Both the position numbers and the translations under genes were made by a program. Positions 17,516 to 26,950 of a DNA stretch of 32,000 nucleotides are shown here, piece after piece; the first letter of the stretch is position 1, and the number at the start of each line of letters is the position of its first letter. Under the pieces are notes generated by a model, which was not told the origin of the DNA, did not search any database, and was given only the letters and a program-made list of their open reading frames with translations. Origin of the DNA: Formosa sp. Hel1_33_131 (GTDB lineage Bacteria; Bacteroidota; Bacteroidia; Flavobacteriales; Flavobacteriaceae); NCBI RefSeq assembly GCF_001735745.1, contig NZ_CP017260.1, forward strand, positions 2,130,001-2,162,000, given 5' to 3'.

Positions 17516-19567
17516 ATGAAACTATTATCTAAAATCGCATTGTGCTCGATTGTATTAGCTCAATTTTTTTGGTCTTGCAAAACTGAGAACAACTCAGAAG
17601 TTATGGATTCCAACTTCATCACAGTAAGTGCTGAAGAAAATTTTCCTGTCATGGTCGAGCAATTTGCAGACCTAAAAGTATTACGTTATCAAATCCCAGG
17701 GTGGGAAAATTTAACATTGAAAGAACAAAAACTTGTTTACTATTTAACCAAAGCAGGTTTGTCAGGTCGTGACATTATGTGGGATCAAAATTACCGACAT
17801 AATTTAACCATTCGTACCGCCCTCGAAAGTGTTTATACTAATTTTAAGGGGGATAAAACCACAGCAGATTGGATGGCTTTTGAAGTTTATATGAAACGTG
17901 TTTGGTTCAGTAACGGAATTCATCACCATTATAGCAATGCAAAAATGAAACCTGATTTTTCTTCGGAATATCTAACCTCTATTTTAGCCGAATCAAATAC
18001 GGTTTTAAAAGGCGAAGCTTTTGAAGTGATTTTTAATGATGTAGATGCTAAGAAAGTAAATCAAGCCAAAGGGGTAGACAACGTAGCAGCTTCTGCTGTT
18101 AACTTCTACGGACCTGGTGTGACAAACGCAGATGTAGAATCGTTTTATTCTAAAATAAAATCTCCAAATCCTAAAAAGCCTTTATCTCATGGTTTAAATT
18201 CACAGCTTGTAAAAGTCAATGGTGAGTTACAAGAACGTGTGTATAAATCTGGTGGATTGTATGGTGCAGCAATTGATGAAATTGTCAAGTGGTTAGAATT
18301 GGCCAAAGGGGTTGCAGAGAATCAAGCACAAGGCGATGCTTTAGGGTTGCTCATAAAATATTACAATACAGGCGATTTACAAACATGGGACGATTATAAT
18401 GTGGCATGGACTGCCGCAACGGAAGGTAATATTGATTATATCAATAGTTTCATCGAAGTTTATAACGATCCTTTAGGGTACAGAGGTTCTTACGAAACAA
18501 TTGTTCAAATTAAAGATTTCGACATGTCTGCAAAAATGGAAGTCTTGTCTAAAAACGCACAATGGTTTGAGGACAACTCACCGTTATTTCCAGAACATAA
18601 AAAGGAAAATGTTGTAGGCGTGAGCTATAAAACGGTCAATGTTGCAGGAGAAGCAGGAGATGCTTCGCCAACGACTCCGATTGGGGTGAACCTTCCAAAT
18701 GCGAACTGGATTCGTGCTGAGGTTGGAAGTAAGTCCGTTTCTTTAGGAAACATCACAAATGCGTATAACAATTCTGGAAGTTCTGGAAGACTTAAAGAAT
18801 TTGTACATGACGATGAAGAATATGAGCTAGAGAAAAAATACGGTCAACTAGGCGATAAGCTACACACGGCACTTCACGAAGTTGTGGGGCATGCATCGGG
18901 ACAATTAAACCCAGGTGTTGGTGAAACCAAAGAAACCTTAAAAAACTATGCGTCCACATTAGAAGAAGGACGTGCTGATTTAGTAGGTCTTTATTACTTA
19001 TACAATCCAAAACTACAAGAGTTAGGGTTGGTTGAGGATTGGAAAGCTGTTGGAATGGCGGCTTTTGATGGCTATATCAGAAATGGTTTAATGACTCAAT
19101 TGATTCGTTTAAACTTAGGAGATGATGTAGAAGAAGCGCACATGAGAAACCGTCAGTGGGTGAGTGCTTGGGCGTATGAAAAAGGACTTAAGGACAATGT
19201 GATTGAAAAAGTAACCCGTGATGGGAAGACGTATTTCAATATCAATGATTATGAAAAACTACACGATTTATTCGGTCAGTTATTGCGTGAAACTCAGCGT
19301 ATCAAATCTGAAGGTGATTTTGCAGCAGTGCAAGACTTAGTAGAAGGGTATGGCGTGAAAGTGAACCAAGTGATCCATGCAGAAGTTTTAGAGCGTAACA
19401 AACAATTTAAATCCGCAGCCTATGGTGGTTTTGTGAATCCAGTGTTGGTGCCACAAACAGATGCCGAGGGTGTGATTACTTCAATTGAGGTAAAGTATGT
19501 AGAGAGTTTTGTAGGTCAGATGTTGTATTACTCTGAGAACTACGGCTTTTTGCCAGAAGTCAACTAA
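17516..19567 (+). CDS. Dipeptidyl-peptidase III family metallopeptidase (M49), secreted or lipoprotein
   Basis: The M49 zinc motifs are present: HEVVGH (HExxGH) and EEGRADLVG (EExRAE/D). It has a signal peptide with Cys and is 683 aa long. Confidence 0.8.
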   Translation: MKLLSKIALCSIVLAQFFWSCKTENNSEVMDSNFITVSAEENFPVMVEQFADLKVLRYQIPGWENLTLKEQKLVYYLTKAGLSGRDIMWDQNYRHNLTIRTALESVYTNFKGDKTTADWMAFEVYMKRVWFSNGIHHHYSNAKMKPDFSSEYLTSILAESNTVLKGEAFEVIFNDVDAKKVNQAKGVDNVAASAVNFYGPGVTNADVESFYSKIKSPNPKKPLSHGLNSQLVKVNGELQERVYKSGGLYGAAIDEIVKWLELAKGVAENQAQGDALGLLIKYYNTGDLQTWDDYNVAWTAATEGNIDYINSFIEVYNDPLGYRGSYETIVQIKDFDMSAKMEVLSKNAQWFEDNSPLFPEHKKENVVGVSYKTVNVAGEAGDASPTTPIGVNLPNANWIRAEVGSKSVSLGNITNAYNNSGSSGRLKEFVHDDEEYELEKKYGQLGDKLHTALHEVVGHASGQLNPGVGETKETLKNYASTLEEGRADLVGLYYLYNPKLQELGLVEDWKAVGMAAFDGYIRNGLMTQLIRLNLGDDVEEAHMRNRQWVSAWAYEKGLKDNVIEKVTRDGKTYFNINDYEKLHDLFGQLLRETQRIKSEGDFAAVQDLVEGYGVKVNQVIHAEVLERNKQFKSAAYGGFVNPVLVPQTDAEGVITSIEVKYVESFVGQMLYYSENYGFLPEVN

Positions 19568-19590
19568 GGAGATTTAGTTCAATACTATTG

Positions 19591-19627
19591 AAAAGTCACT
19601 TATCTTAAAAGGTAAGTGGCTTTTTTT
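19591..19627 (+). terminator. Bidirectional rho-independent terminator
   Basis: 10-bp stem (19595-19604 / 19611-19620, two G-U pairs), 6-nt loop, with A4 before and T7 after. It sits between two convergent genes. Confidence 0.8.
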
Positions 19628-19814
19628 AGTAGCCTAAAATAAATTTGATAGCAGCAATGCCTGTAATAAAACCAAGAAAAGCCAACAAAACCCATAAACT
19701 TCCTTTGTAATATTTTTGATGAAGGTTAAAATCTTTGCGGTAAGCATAGATGATAACACCCATAAAAACAATTGCAAATAGGATTCCGAAAGTAAGTTGT
19801 CCTTGACTGAACAT
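19626..19814 (-). CDS. Small membrane protein (62 aa, 2 TM)
   Basis: ATG start, two hydrophobic helices, and the terminator lies immediately after the stop. Confidence 0.5.
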   Translation of the reverse strand: MFSQGQLTFGILFAIVFMGVIIYAYRKDFNLHQKYYKGSLWVLLAFLGFITGIAAIKFILGY

Positions 19815-19926
19815 AATTGTGTATTTTTAGGCTTATAAATTCAGTCAAATTTATAAAAAATTATAAGAATCACAGCATGTTTGATCCCTCTTCTTTGAGG
19901 CGTTAAAATGTATAACACACACACAT

Positions 19927-20313
19927 ATGAAATCTAAAATAAAAGCAGTTCAAGAATTCCACGAAGCCTTCAAAATTGGCTATAGTACCATTCAAAAAGC
20001 CGATTTAGGCACTGCGAAAAACACCCTTCGTTTTGATCTAATGAAAGAAGAAAATGAAGAATATTTAGAAGCTGCCAATAACAACGATATGGTAGAGGTT
20101 GCCGATGCCTTAGGGGATATGCTTTATATTCTTTGTGGGACAATTATTGAGCATGGAATGCAGCACAAAATAGAAGCTGTTTTTGAGGAAATTCAACGCA
20201 GCAATATGAGCAAATTAGGCGAGGATGGTCAACCTATTTACCGCGAAGACGGAAAAGTACTGAAAGGTCCTCATTATTTTAAGCCCAATATCCAAGAGAT
20301 TTTGGAGTCTTAG
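19927..20313 (+). CDS. MazG-like all-alpha nucleoside triphosphate pyrophosphohydrolase family protein
   Basis: Metal-binding pattern EENEEYLEA ... EVADALGDMLY (ExxE..E / D..D), 128 aa. Confidence 0.6.
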   Translation: MKSKIKAVQEFHEAFKIGYSTIQKADLGTAKNTLRFDLMKEENEEYLEAANNNDMVEVADALGDMLYILCGTIIEHGMQHKIEAVFEEIQRSNMSKLGEDGQPIYREDGKVLKGPHYFKPNIQEILES

Positions 20314-20316
20314 AAT

Positions 20317-21369
20317 TTATACGTTTACAGTCCAGCCAAATAAATCTTCCGCTTTGTTTGTTTGAATGTCCATGATGCGTTTTTTTAATTGCAACGCCAC
20401 TGGGTTTTCAAGTTCTGGCAAGTCGTAATCGGTATCTTTAAATCCAAAAGTCGCAATTGGAGAAATAACGGCGGCCGTTCCTGCACCAAACATTTCTTTT
20501 AAACTGCCGTTTTTAGAGGCTTCGACAATTTCGGTGACGGTGAATTTTCGGACTTCAACCTTAATACCTTCGTCTTTGGCAATGTCAAGAATACTTTTTC
20601 TTGTGATGCCATCCAAAATTCGGTCACTCGTTGGTCCTGTGATAAGCGTATCGTTAATTCGAACAAATATATTCATCGCGCCTGCTTCTTCAATATATTC
20701 ATGCGTATTGTCATCCGTCCAAATCACTTGGTCATACCCTTTGTCAATCGCTAATTGCGTGGGGTAAAACTGCCCAGCATAATTACCACCTGCCTTTGCA
20801 TATCCTACACCTCCATTTGCAGAACGGGAATAATTTTGTTCAATAAGTACTTTAACTTTTCCTGCAAAATAGGCTCCCGAAGGGGCTGTGCAAATCATAA
20901 ATTTATAAGCATCTGCTGGAGAGGCATGGAAGCCTTCGCCTGTAGCAAAAATGATAGGTCTGATGTATAGTGAGCTTCCGTCCTGTGTAGGAATCCATTG
21001 TTCGTCCACCTTAAGCAATGCTTTTAAGCCTTCCATAAATACCGCTTCTGGTAATTCGGGAATTGACAAACGTTTGGCAGAAATATTAAAACGTTTAAAG
21101 TTTTCATCCGGACGAAACAACCATGTTTTTTTGTCCGTGTCTTTATAAGCCTTCATTCCTTCAAAAATAGATTGTCCGTAATGAAAAATCTTTGCAGAAG
21201 GCATTAATGAAATCGGTTGAAAAGGTACAATTTCAGGAGTGCTCCAGGCACCATTCTTATAATCACAGACCAACATATGGTCAGAAAAAACGGTTCCAAA
21301 TCCAAGATTTTTAAAATCAATGCTATCGATTTTTGATGTGGTTGTAGGAGTTACTTTGATTGTATTCAT
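20317..21369 (-). CDS. ilvE: Branched-chain amino acid aminotransferase
   Basis: Class IV aminotransferase blocks: HYGQSIFEGMKAY, YIRP, GGVGYAKAGGNY and NIFVR...TGP....LDGITR. Confidence 0.88.
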   Translation of the reverse strand: MNTIKVTPTTTSKIDSIDFKNLGFGTVFSDHMLVCDYKNGAWSTPEIVPFQPISLMPSAKIFHYGQSIFEGMKAYKDTDKKTWLFRPDENFKRFNISAKRLSIPELPEAVFMEGLKALLKVDEQWIPTQDGSSLYIRPIIFATGEGFHASPADAYKFMICTAPSGAYFAGKVKVLIEQNYSRSANGGVGYAKAGGNYAGQFYPTQLAIDKGYDQVIWTDDNTHEYIEEAGAMNIFVRINDTLITGPTSDRILDGITRKSILDIAKDEGIKVEVRKFTVTEIVEASKNGSLKEMFGAGTAAVISPIATFGFKDTDYDLPELENPVALQLKKRIMDIQTNKAEDLFGWTVNV

Positions 21370-21482
21370 TTGTTGGCTTTAAACATTTCGTGCCTACAAA
21401 TTTACAGAAATAAATGTTTCGACAATATCATTCTTTCAAAACTTCTTATATTTATGCGTTATTTAAAATTTAAACCAAACAA

Positions 21483-21980
21483 ATGAAAAACAACCTTCTA
21501 ATATTTATAGCAATCCTCTCATTACATTCCTGTAAGCAAAAGGCAGAACCGGCACAGTCCCCCATACAAGTGGACTCGACCGTCTATGAGGAGTACGGCG
21601 CTGCTTTGGATGCACAATCGGTACTTCCAATGAACGAATTAGCAACTTCATTTTTAACGATGAAAAAAACAGATACTTTGTTCACGAAAGTACAGGGGAC
21701 AATCAAAGAAGTATGTGCCAAAAAAGGTTGTTGGATGACCCTTGATTTGGGCGACGAAAAAGACCTCATGGTCCGTTTTAAAGATTATGGATTTTTCATG
21801 CCTTTGGATGCGAAAGGAGATGTAATTATCAATGGATTCGCTACTATTTCAGAAACTTCTGTCGAAGATTTAAAGCATTATGCCGAAGATGCAGGTGCCT
21901 CAGAATTGGAAATTGAAGCCATTGTAGCTCCAGAACTCACCTATAGTTTTGAAGCGGATGGTGTGCTTTTAGCAAATTAG
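21483..21980 (+). CDS. DUF4920-like lipoprotein
   Basis: Lipobox (LHSC) and the block VCAKKGCWMTL...VRFKDYGFFMP, which matches DUF4920 as I remember it. Confidence 0.6.
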   Translation: MKNNLLIFIAILSLHSCKQKAEPAQSPIQVDSTVYEEYGAALDAQSVLPMNELATSFLTMKKTDTLFTKVQGTIKEVCAKKGCWMTLDLGDEKDLMVRFKDYGFFMPLDAKGDVIINGFATISETSVEDLKHYAEDAGASELEIEAIVAPELTYSFEADGVLLAN

Positions 21981-21982
21981 TT

Positions 21983-22666
21983 TTGAAACGAAGTATTATT
22001 ACCACTTCAGATGGTTCAAAAACCATTCAAATTGAAGATTGGGACGAGCAATACCATTCCATTCATGGCGCCATTCAAGAATCGCAACATGTGTTTATTA
22101 AAACAGGATTGCATCATTTTCTGAATTCATACAAGCCAACAGCTGTTCATATTCTTGAAATTGGATTTGGAACTGGGCTCAATGCATTTGTGACGGCTTT
22201 AGAAGCGCAAACGCAGGGCGTTCAAATTCACTATGAAGGGGTCGAAGCATATCCTGTTTTGGCAGAAGAATTGTCGCAATTAAATTATGCATCTCTAATC
22301 GATCCAGATCAACAAACTGTTTTTGATGCATTACATGAGGTTTCTTGGGAAGAATTACATTCTGTTATTTCTCATTTCTCCTTAAAAAAACGACAACAGT
22401 TTTTCACAGATATAAAAGATGAAAATGCATTTGATCTCATTTATTTTGATGCGTTTGGTGCACGGGTTCAACCGGAGTTATGGACAGAACCTATTTTCAG
22501 AATCGTGTTTAATGCCTTAAAAAATAACGGTGTTTTAGTCACTTATGCAGCCAAAGGCAGTGTGCGTCGTGCGATGCAGGCCGTCGGATTTGTGGTTGAA
22601 CGTTTGGAAGGTCCCCCAGGAAAACGGGAAATGTTAAGAGCTACCAAACCTTCAGAAGGTTGTTAG
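21983..22666 (+). CDS. mnmD: tRNA (mnm5s2U34) methyltransferase, stand-alone MnmC-methyltransferase-domain type
   Basis: YHSIHGAIQESQHVFI, ILEIGFGTGLN (SAM motif I) and IYFDAFGARVQPELW. The start is TTG, 2 bp after the upstream stop. Confidence 0.7.
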   Translation: MKRSIITTSDGSKTIQIEDWDEQYHSIHGAIQESQHVFIKTGLHHFLNSYKPTAVHILEIGFGTGLNAFVTALEAQTQGVQIHYEGVEAYPVLAEELSQLNYASLIDPDQQTVFDALHEVSWEELHSVISHFSLKKRQQFFTDIKDENAFDLIYFDAFGARVQPELWTEPIFRIVFNALKNNGVLVTYAAKGSVRRAMQAVGFVVERLEGPPGKREMLRATKPSEGC

Positions 22667-22759
22667 TGTTTCCCTAATTATGAGGGTAGGAAGCTTAAAG
22701 TATTGTTAAACCTATCTCAATTCATTTTTTTAGAAGGTGTTATCACTAATTTTGTGAGG

Positions 22760-23671
22760 ATGGGACAAACACTATTAATTACTGGAGCTACTGGATTGGT
22801 AGGAAAAGCGTTGGTAAAACAATGCTTAGCCGATGGCTATACGGTACATTATTTAACCACTCGGAAATCCAAGATGGAGTCTCAAACAAACTACAAAGGA
22901 TTTTATTGGAATCCACAAGAAGATACAATCGATGTTGCTTGTTTTGAAGGGGTAGAAGTGATTCTTAATTTAGCAGGATCTTCCATTGCCCAACGTTGGA
23001 GCAATGCAAACAAAGCATCTATTCTGTCCAGCCGAACAGAAGCATTGGCTTTGTTGCATTCAAGTATTGAAACCCATAAATTTACTGTCAAACATATCAT
23101 TTCTGCAAGTGCGATTGGAATCTATCCAGATTCTAAAACACGTTATTACGACGAAAAATTTCAAGGAACAGACGCCAGTTTTTTACGAAGCGTTGTGAAG
23201 TCTTGGGAAGGCAGTTTAAAACCTTTTCAGTCTCTCGATGTCAAAACAACGGCTTTGCGCATTGGAATTGTATTGGATACGCATGAAGGTGCATTGCCTA
23301 AAATTATGGGGCCGATTAAAAACTATTTCGGTGCCGCTTTAGGTTCTGGAGATCAATGGCAATCTTGGATCCATATTGATGATTTAGTGCGTTTATTTAT
23401 GTTTGTATTGGAATCAAAATTAGAAGGGGTTTACAATGCCGTGGCACCAAATCCTGTACAACAAACAGAACTCACAAAATTAATCGCTAAAATCCTTCAG
23501 CGTCCGTTGGTATTGCCCAATGTTCCTGAGTTTGCCCTCCAACTCATGTTGGGCGAAATGCGTGCCATTGCATTGGAAAGTCAACGCGTTTGTGCCGCTA
23601 AAATTCAAGAGGCAGGTTTTAAGTTTAACTACCTAGAACTTGAACCCGCTTTAGAAGATTTGATTGCCTAA
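22760..23671 (+). CDS. TIGR01777/YfcH-like NAD-dependent epimerase-family protein
   Basis: Rossmann motif LITGATGLVG and a C-terminal DUF1731-like tail (ESQRVCAAKIQEAGFKFNY). ATG at 22760 is preferred over the TTG at 22703 used by the track. Confidence 0.75.
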   Translation: MGQTLLITGATGLVGKALVKQCLADGYTVHYLTTRKSKMESQTNYKGFYWNPQEDTIDVACFEGVEVILNLAGSSIAQRWSNANKASILSSRTEALALLHSSIETHKFTVKHIISASAIGIYPDSKTRYYDEKFQGTDASFLRSVVKSWEGSLKPFQSLDVKTTALRIGIVLDTHEGALPKIMGPIKNYFGAALGSGDQWQSWIHIDDLVRLFMFVLESKLEGVYNAVAPNPVQQTELTKLIAKILQRPLVLPNVPEFALQLMLGEMRAIALESQRVCAAKIQEAGFKFNYLELEPALEDLIA

Positions 23672-23736
23672 ATCGGTCGTTTGATTACAAATACTATTTT
23701 AAACAAGCTTAGATCACAAAAATACTTTGTGACATT

Positions 23737-23773
23737 TTGACATTTTATTAATAATGGCAGTACTTTTGCCATT
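23737..23773 (+). promoter_or_regulatory. Candidate grpE-dnaJ promoter (TTG-N21-TACTTTTG) overlapped by the inverted repeat AATGGCA-N7-TGCCATT
   Basis: The -7 box at 23761-23768 matches TAnnTTTG. TTG at 23737-23739 has consensus-compatible spacing. The inverted repeat spans 23753-23773, and GACATTTT occurs twice in tandem at 23731-23746. Confidence 0.4.
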
Positions 23774-23817
23774 GGTTATAAAACAAAAATTAATCACCCA
23801 ACGCGTTTATACATACG

Positions 23818-24354
23818 ATGAGTAAAAAAGATACCAAAGTGGAAGTAGAACTTCCAGAAGAAAATACAGCAAATGAAACGGCTACAGAACCAACTGTTGA
23901 ACTTTCCGTAGAGGAACAATTGACAGCCGATTTAGCACAAGAAAAAGACAAGTTTTTACGTCTGTTTGCCGAGTTTGAAAACTACAAGCGACGTACGACA
24001 AAAGAGCGGATTGAATTATTTTCTACGGCAAGCCAAGATGTCATCAAGGCGTTGTTGCCCGTAGTAGATGATTTTGACCGTGCCTTGTTAGAAATGTCTA
24101 AAAGTGAAGCGACTGAACTTTCAAAAGGCGTAGAGCTGATTAAAAACAAATTATCTTCGACGCTTGAGCAAAAAGGGTTGGAGCTTGTTGAGGTTCGTTC
24201 TGGAGATGTATTTAATGCAGACAACCATGAAGCAATCACCCAAATTCCAGCTCCAACAGAAGATATGAAAGGAAAAATCATTGATGTGATTGAAAAAGGT
24301 TACAAGCTAGGGGATAAAGTGATTCGTTTTCCAAAAGTAGTGATTGGAAACTAA
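23818..24354 (+). CDS. grpE: Nucleotide exchange factor GrpE
   Basis: The GrpE core is present (KFLRLFAEFENYKRRTTKE...LLPVVDDFDRAL...HEAI) and it lies directly upstream of dnaJ. Confidence 0.92.
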   Translation: MSKKDTKVEVELPEENTANETATEPTVELSVEEQLTADLAQEKDKFLRLFAEFENYKRRTTKERIELFSTASQDVIKALLPVVDDFDRALLEMSKSEATELSKGVELIKNKLSSTLEQKGLELVEVRSGDVFNADNHEAITQIPAPTEDMKGKIIDVIEKGYKLGDKVIRFPKVVIGN

Positions 24355-24385
24355 TTTAATTAAGATATAAAAGTACAATACCGAA

Positions 24386-25501
24386 ATGGCAAAACGCGAT
24401 TATTACGACATATTAGGCATTAACAAAAGTGCCTCTGCTGCAGAGATAAAAAAAGCTTACCGAAAAATGGCAGTCAAATATCACCCGGATAAAAATCCAG
24501 ATGATAAAACAGCTGAAGATAAATTTAAAGAAGCTGCAGAAGCTTATGAAATATTAAGTGATGCTGACAAAAAAGCACGTTTTGATCAATATGGTCATCG
24601 AGCGTTTGAAGGTGGTCACGGCGGTGGTGGTGGTCACATGAATATGGATGACATCTTTAGTCAGTTCGGCGATATTTTCGGCGGTGGTGGCGGAGGTGGT
24701 TTCGGAGGTTTCGGTGGCGGACAACGTCAGCGAGTGATGAAAGGCAGTAACCTTCGTATTCGTGTGAAATTAACCCTTGAAGAAATTGCGAACGGTGTTG
24801 AAAAGAAAGTCAAAGTCAAACGAAAAACCCAAGCTAAAGGAGTGACGTACAGAACCTGTTCTACTTGTAATGGACAAGGGCAAGTGACGCGAATCACCAA
24901 TACCATTTTAGGACGTATGCAAACCGCATCTCCATGTAATGCTTGTGGCGGTACGGGACAAAGTATCGACAAACGCCCTCCAAATTCAGATTCGCAAGGA
25001 TTTGTGGTGGAAGAGGAAACAGTTTCCATAAAAATACCGGCTGGTGTTGTTGATGGCATGCAGCTAAAAGTGACAGGCAAAGGAAATGCCGCTCCTGGGA
25101 ATGGGATTTCTGGCGATTTATTAGTCGCTATTACAGAAGAAACCCATCCAACCCTACAGCGTGAAGGGGATAACTTGCATTATGATTTGTATGTGAGTTT
25201 GCCTGATGCAATTTTAGGATCGTCTATTGAAATTGATACCGTGACTGGCAAAGTCCGTTTGAAAATTGAAGCAGGGGTACAGTCTGGTAAAATACTACGT
25301 CTTAGAGGGAAAGGAATTCCAAATATCAATGGCTATAGCCGTGGCGATTTGTTGGTGCATATCAACGTGTGGACACCAAAAACCTTGAGTAAAGAACAAA
25401 AATCCTTTTTCGAAAAAATGAAAACGGATGAGCATTTTTCACCAAAACCAGAAAGCTCGGATAAATCGTTTTTTGAAAAGGTGAAGGATATGTTTTCTTA
25501 G
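24386..25501 (+). CDS. dnaJ: Molecular chaperone DnaJ (only two CxxCxGxG motifs)
   Basis: J domain with HPD (KYHPDKN), a G/F-rich linker, CSTCNGQG and CNACGGTG, and C-terminal substrate-binding domains. Confidence 0.92.
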   Translation: MAKRDYYDILGINKSASAAEIKKAYRKMAVKYHPDKNPDDKTAEDKFKEAAEAYEILSDADKKARFDQYGHRAFEGGHGGGGGHMNMDDIFSQFGDIFGGGGGGGFGGFGGGQRQRVMKGSNLRIRVKLTLEEIANGVEKKVKVKRKTQAKGVTYRTCSTCNGQGQVTRITNTILGRMQTASPCNACGGTGQSIDKRPPNSDSQGFVVEEETVSIKIPAGVVDGMQLKVTGKGNAAPGNGISGDLLVAITEETHPTLQREGDNLHYDLYVSLPDAILGSSIEIDTVTGKVRLKIEAGVQSGKILRLRGKGIPNINGYSRGDLLVHINVWTPKTLSKEQKSFFEKMKTDEHFSPKPESSDKSFFEKVKDMFS

Positions 25502-25522
25502 GGAATTTAAGCACTGACACGT

Positions 25523-26164
25523 ATGAGTGAAAAATTAAATCACCACTATTCTAAAAAAGAGGAACGATTGAATGTCATCACCCATGCATTTGGACTTTTG
25601 CTAAGTGTTGTTGGATTGTGTTTTCTAATCCTTAAATCCTTTCACTATGAGGGCTTTTGGAAACCTGCGAGTCTCGTCATTTACGGATTGAGTTTAGTTA
25701 TTTTATACGCAGCCTCCACGTTTTACCATGCTGCTAAAGACCCTCGCCTCAGAAGAAAACTGAATATTTTTGACCATGCAGCCATCTATGTGTTGATAGC
25801 AGGAACTTACACACCCTTTACCATACTCGTTTTAGAAGGATCGTTGGGTTGGATTATTTTTGGGTTCACGTGGACGTTTGCGCTTATCGGAATAATCTTA
25901 AAACTGTTTTTTACAGGACGGTTTGACAAACTCTCCACAGCTCTGTATCTTTTGATGGGCTGGCAAATTATGTTTGTAATCAATCCGCTGATGGAACGTT
26001 TTACAACCGAAGGCTTACAACTCTTATTTGCAGGAGGCGTCTTTTATACGATTGGAGCAGTCCTGTACTCCATAAAAAAACTTCCCTACAACCACGCTAT
26101 TTTTCATGTGTTTGTGGTGCTAGGAAGTGTGTGTCACTTTTTTAGTGTTTTGGGGGTTGTTTAG
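25523..26164 (+). CDS. Hemolysin III / PAQR-family membrane protein
   Basis: 7 TM segments, EERLNVITH at the N-terminus, STFYH, DHAAIYVLIAGTYTPF and HAIFHVFV. Confidence 0.85.
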   Translation: MSEKLNHHYSKKEERLNVITHAFGLLLSVVGLCFLILKSFHYEGFWKPASLVIYGLSLVILYAASTFYHAAKDPRLRRKLNIFDHAAIYVLIAGTYTPFTILVLEGSLGWIIFGFTWTFALIGIILKLFFTGRFDKLSTALYLLMGWQIMFVINPLMERFTTEGLQLLFAGGVFYTIGAVLYSIKKLPYNHAIFHVFVVLGSVCHFFSVLGVV

Positions 26165-26806
26165 GTTTTTTTTTATGAGTTTGTCTAGCCATTTTTTTCT
26201 TTCGTTAACAACTCCATATTTTCGTTTCCTTGGATTCCAAAGTTCATTTGTTTGAGCAGTAGCATTTTCTTCAGCGAGATTGCTGTAAAATTCAGATTTT
26301 AGTCTGTCTCCTTTATATTCATAAATAACGGATAGAACCGAGAAAGCTATATATTTTTGTATTGGGAAAAATATTCCGTTTTCTTTTAATTCTAGTGTAA
26401 GTATATTTTCCACTTCACTATATAAATCGTACCTTTCTGTTCGTACAACAGTTTCTGAAAAATTCAAATATGCAGTCGTTTTTACGTTAGGAAATTCTTT
26501 TTCAAAATTCAAGGCTTGGTTAAAATATTCTATAGCCTTGTCGTAATTTTTATAGGAAGCATAAATTTCTCCTAATGAATTTAAGGTTTGACTTTTATTT
26601 AATTTATCATCAGGGTATTCTGTTAGTATTTTATTCAAAAGAATTTCAGCTGCTTGAAGTTGTCTTTTGCCTTTTGTTCGTATTAGTTCTATTGCCTGAA
26701 TTTTCAAATACTGTGCTCGACCATCTTTTCTAGCTCTTTTAAGTTTAACAAAAAACTCTGTTTCATCTTTTTCAGTCCACGTTTTTCTTCTAAACCACTC
26801 ATTCAT
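26120..26806 (-). CDS. Hypothetical TPR-like protein (228 aa)
   Basis: ATG start. It has helical-repeat character, including one clear TPR-like unit (LNSLGEIYASYKNYDKAIEYFNQALNF). Its 3' end overlaps the convergent hemolysin-III gene by 45 bp. Confidence 0.55.
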   Translation of the reverse strand: MNEWFRRKTWTEKDETEFFVKLKRARKDGRAQYLKIQAIELIRTKGKRQLQAAEILLNKILTEYPDDKLNKSQTLNSLGEIYASYKNYDKAIEYFNQALNFEKEFPNVKTTAYLNFSETVVRTERYDLYSEVENILTLELKENGIFFPIQKYIAFSVLSVIYEYKGDRLKSEFYSNLAEENATAQTNELWNPRKRKYGVVNERKKWLDKLIKKNLNNPQNTKKVTHTS

Positions 26807-26950
26807 AGTGTTTTATTTAAAATTTATCGGTCAAATTTACCAAACCTTCTACTAGCGTTTGTTTAGTGGTTTTAGTTTTTAGATCTAAAATGTTCTGGAG
26901 TATTTGCTCGAGCTAGCTTGTGCAACGATTACTATTGTTGTAACCAGTTT

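Noticed and set aside
23672-23817. Looked for a CIRCE/HrcA operator upstream of grpE
   Set aside because: I found no TTAGCACTC-N9-GAGTGCTAA-like sequence.
24608-24725. GGT/GGC-rich repetitive DNA
   Set aside because: It encodes the normal Gly/Phe-rich linker of DnaJ. It is not a repeat element or an array.
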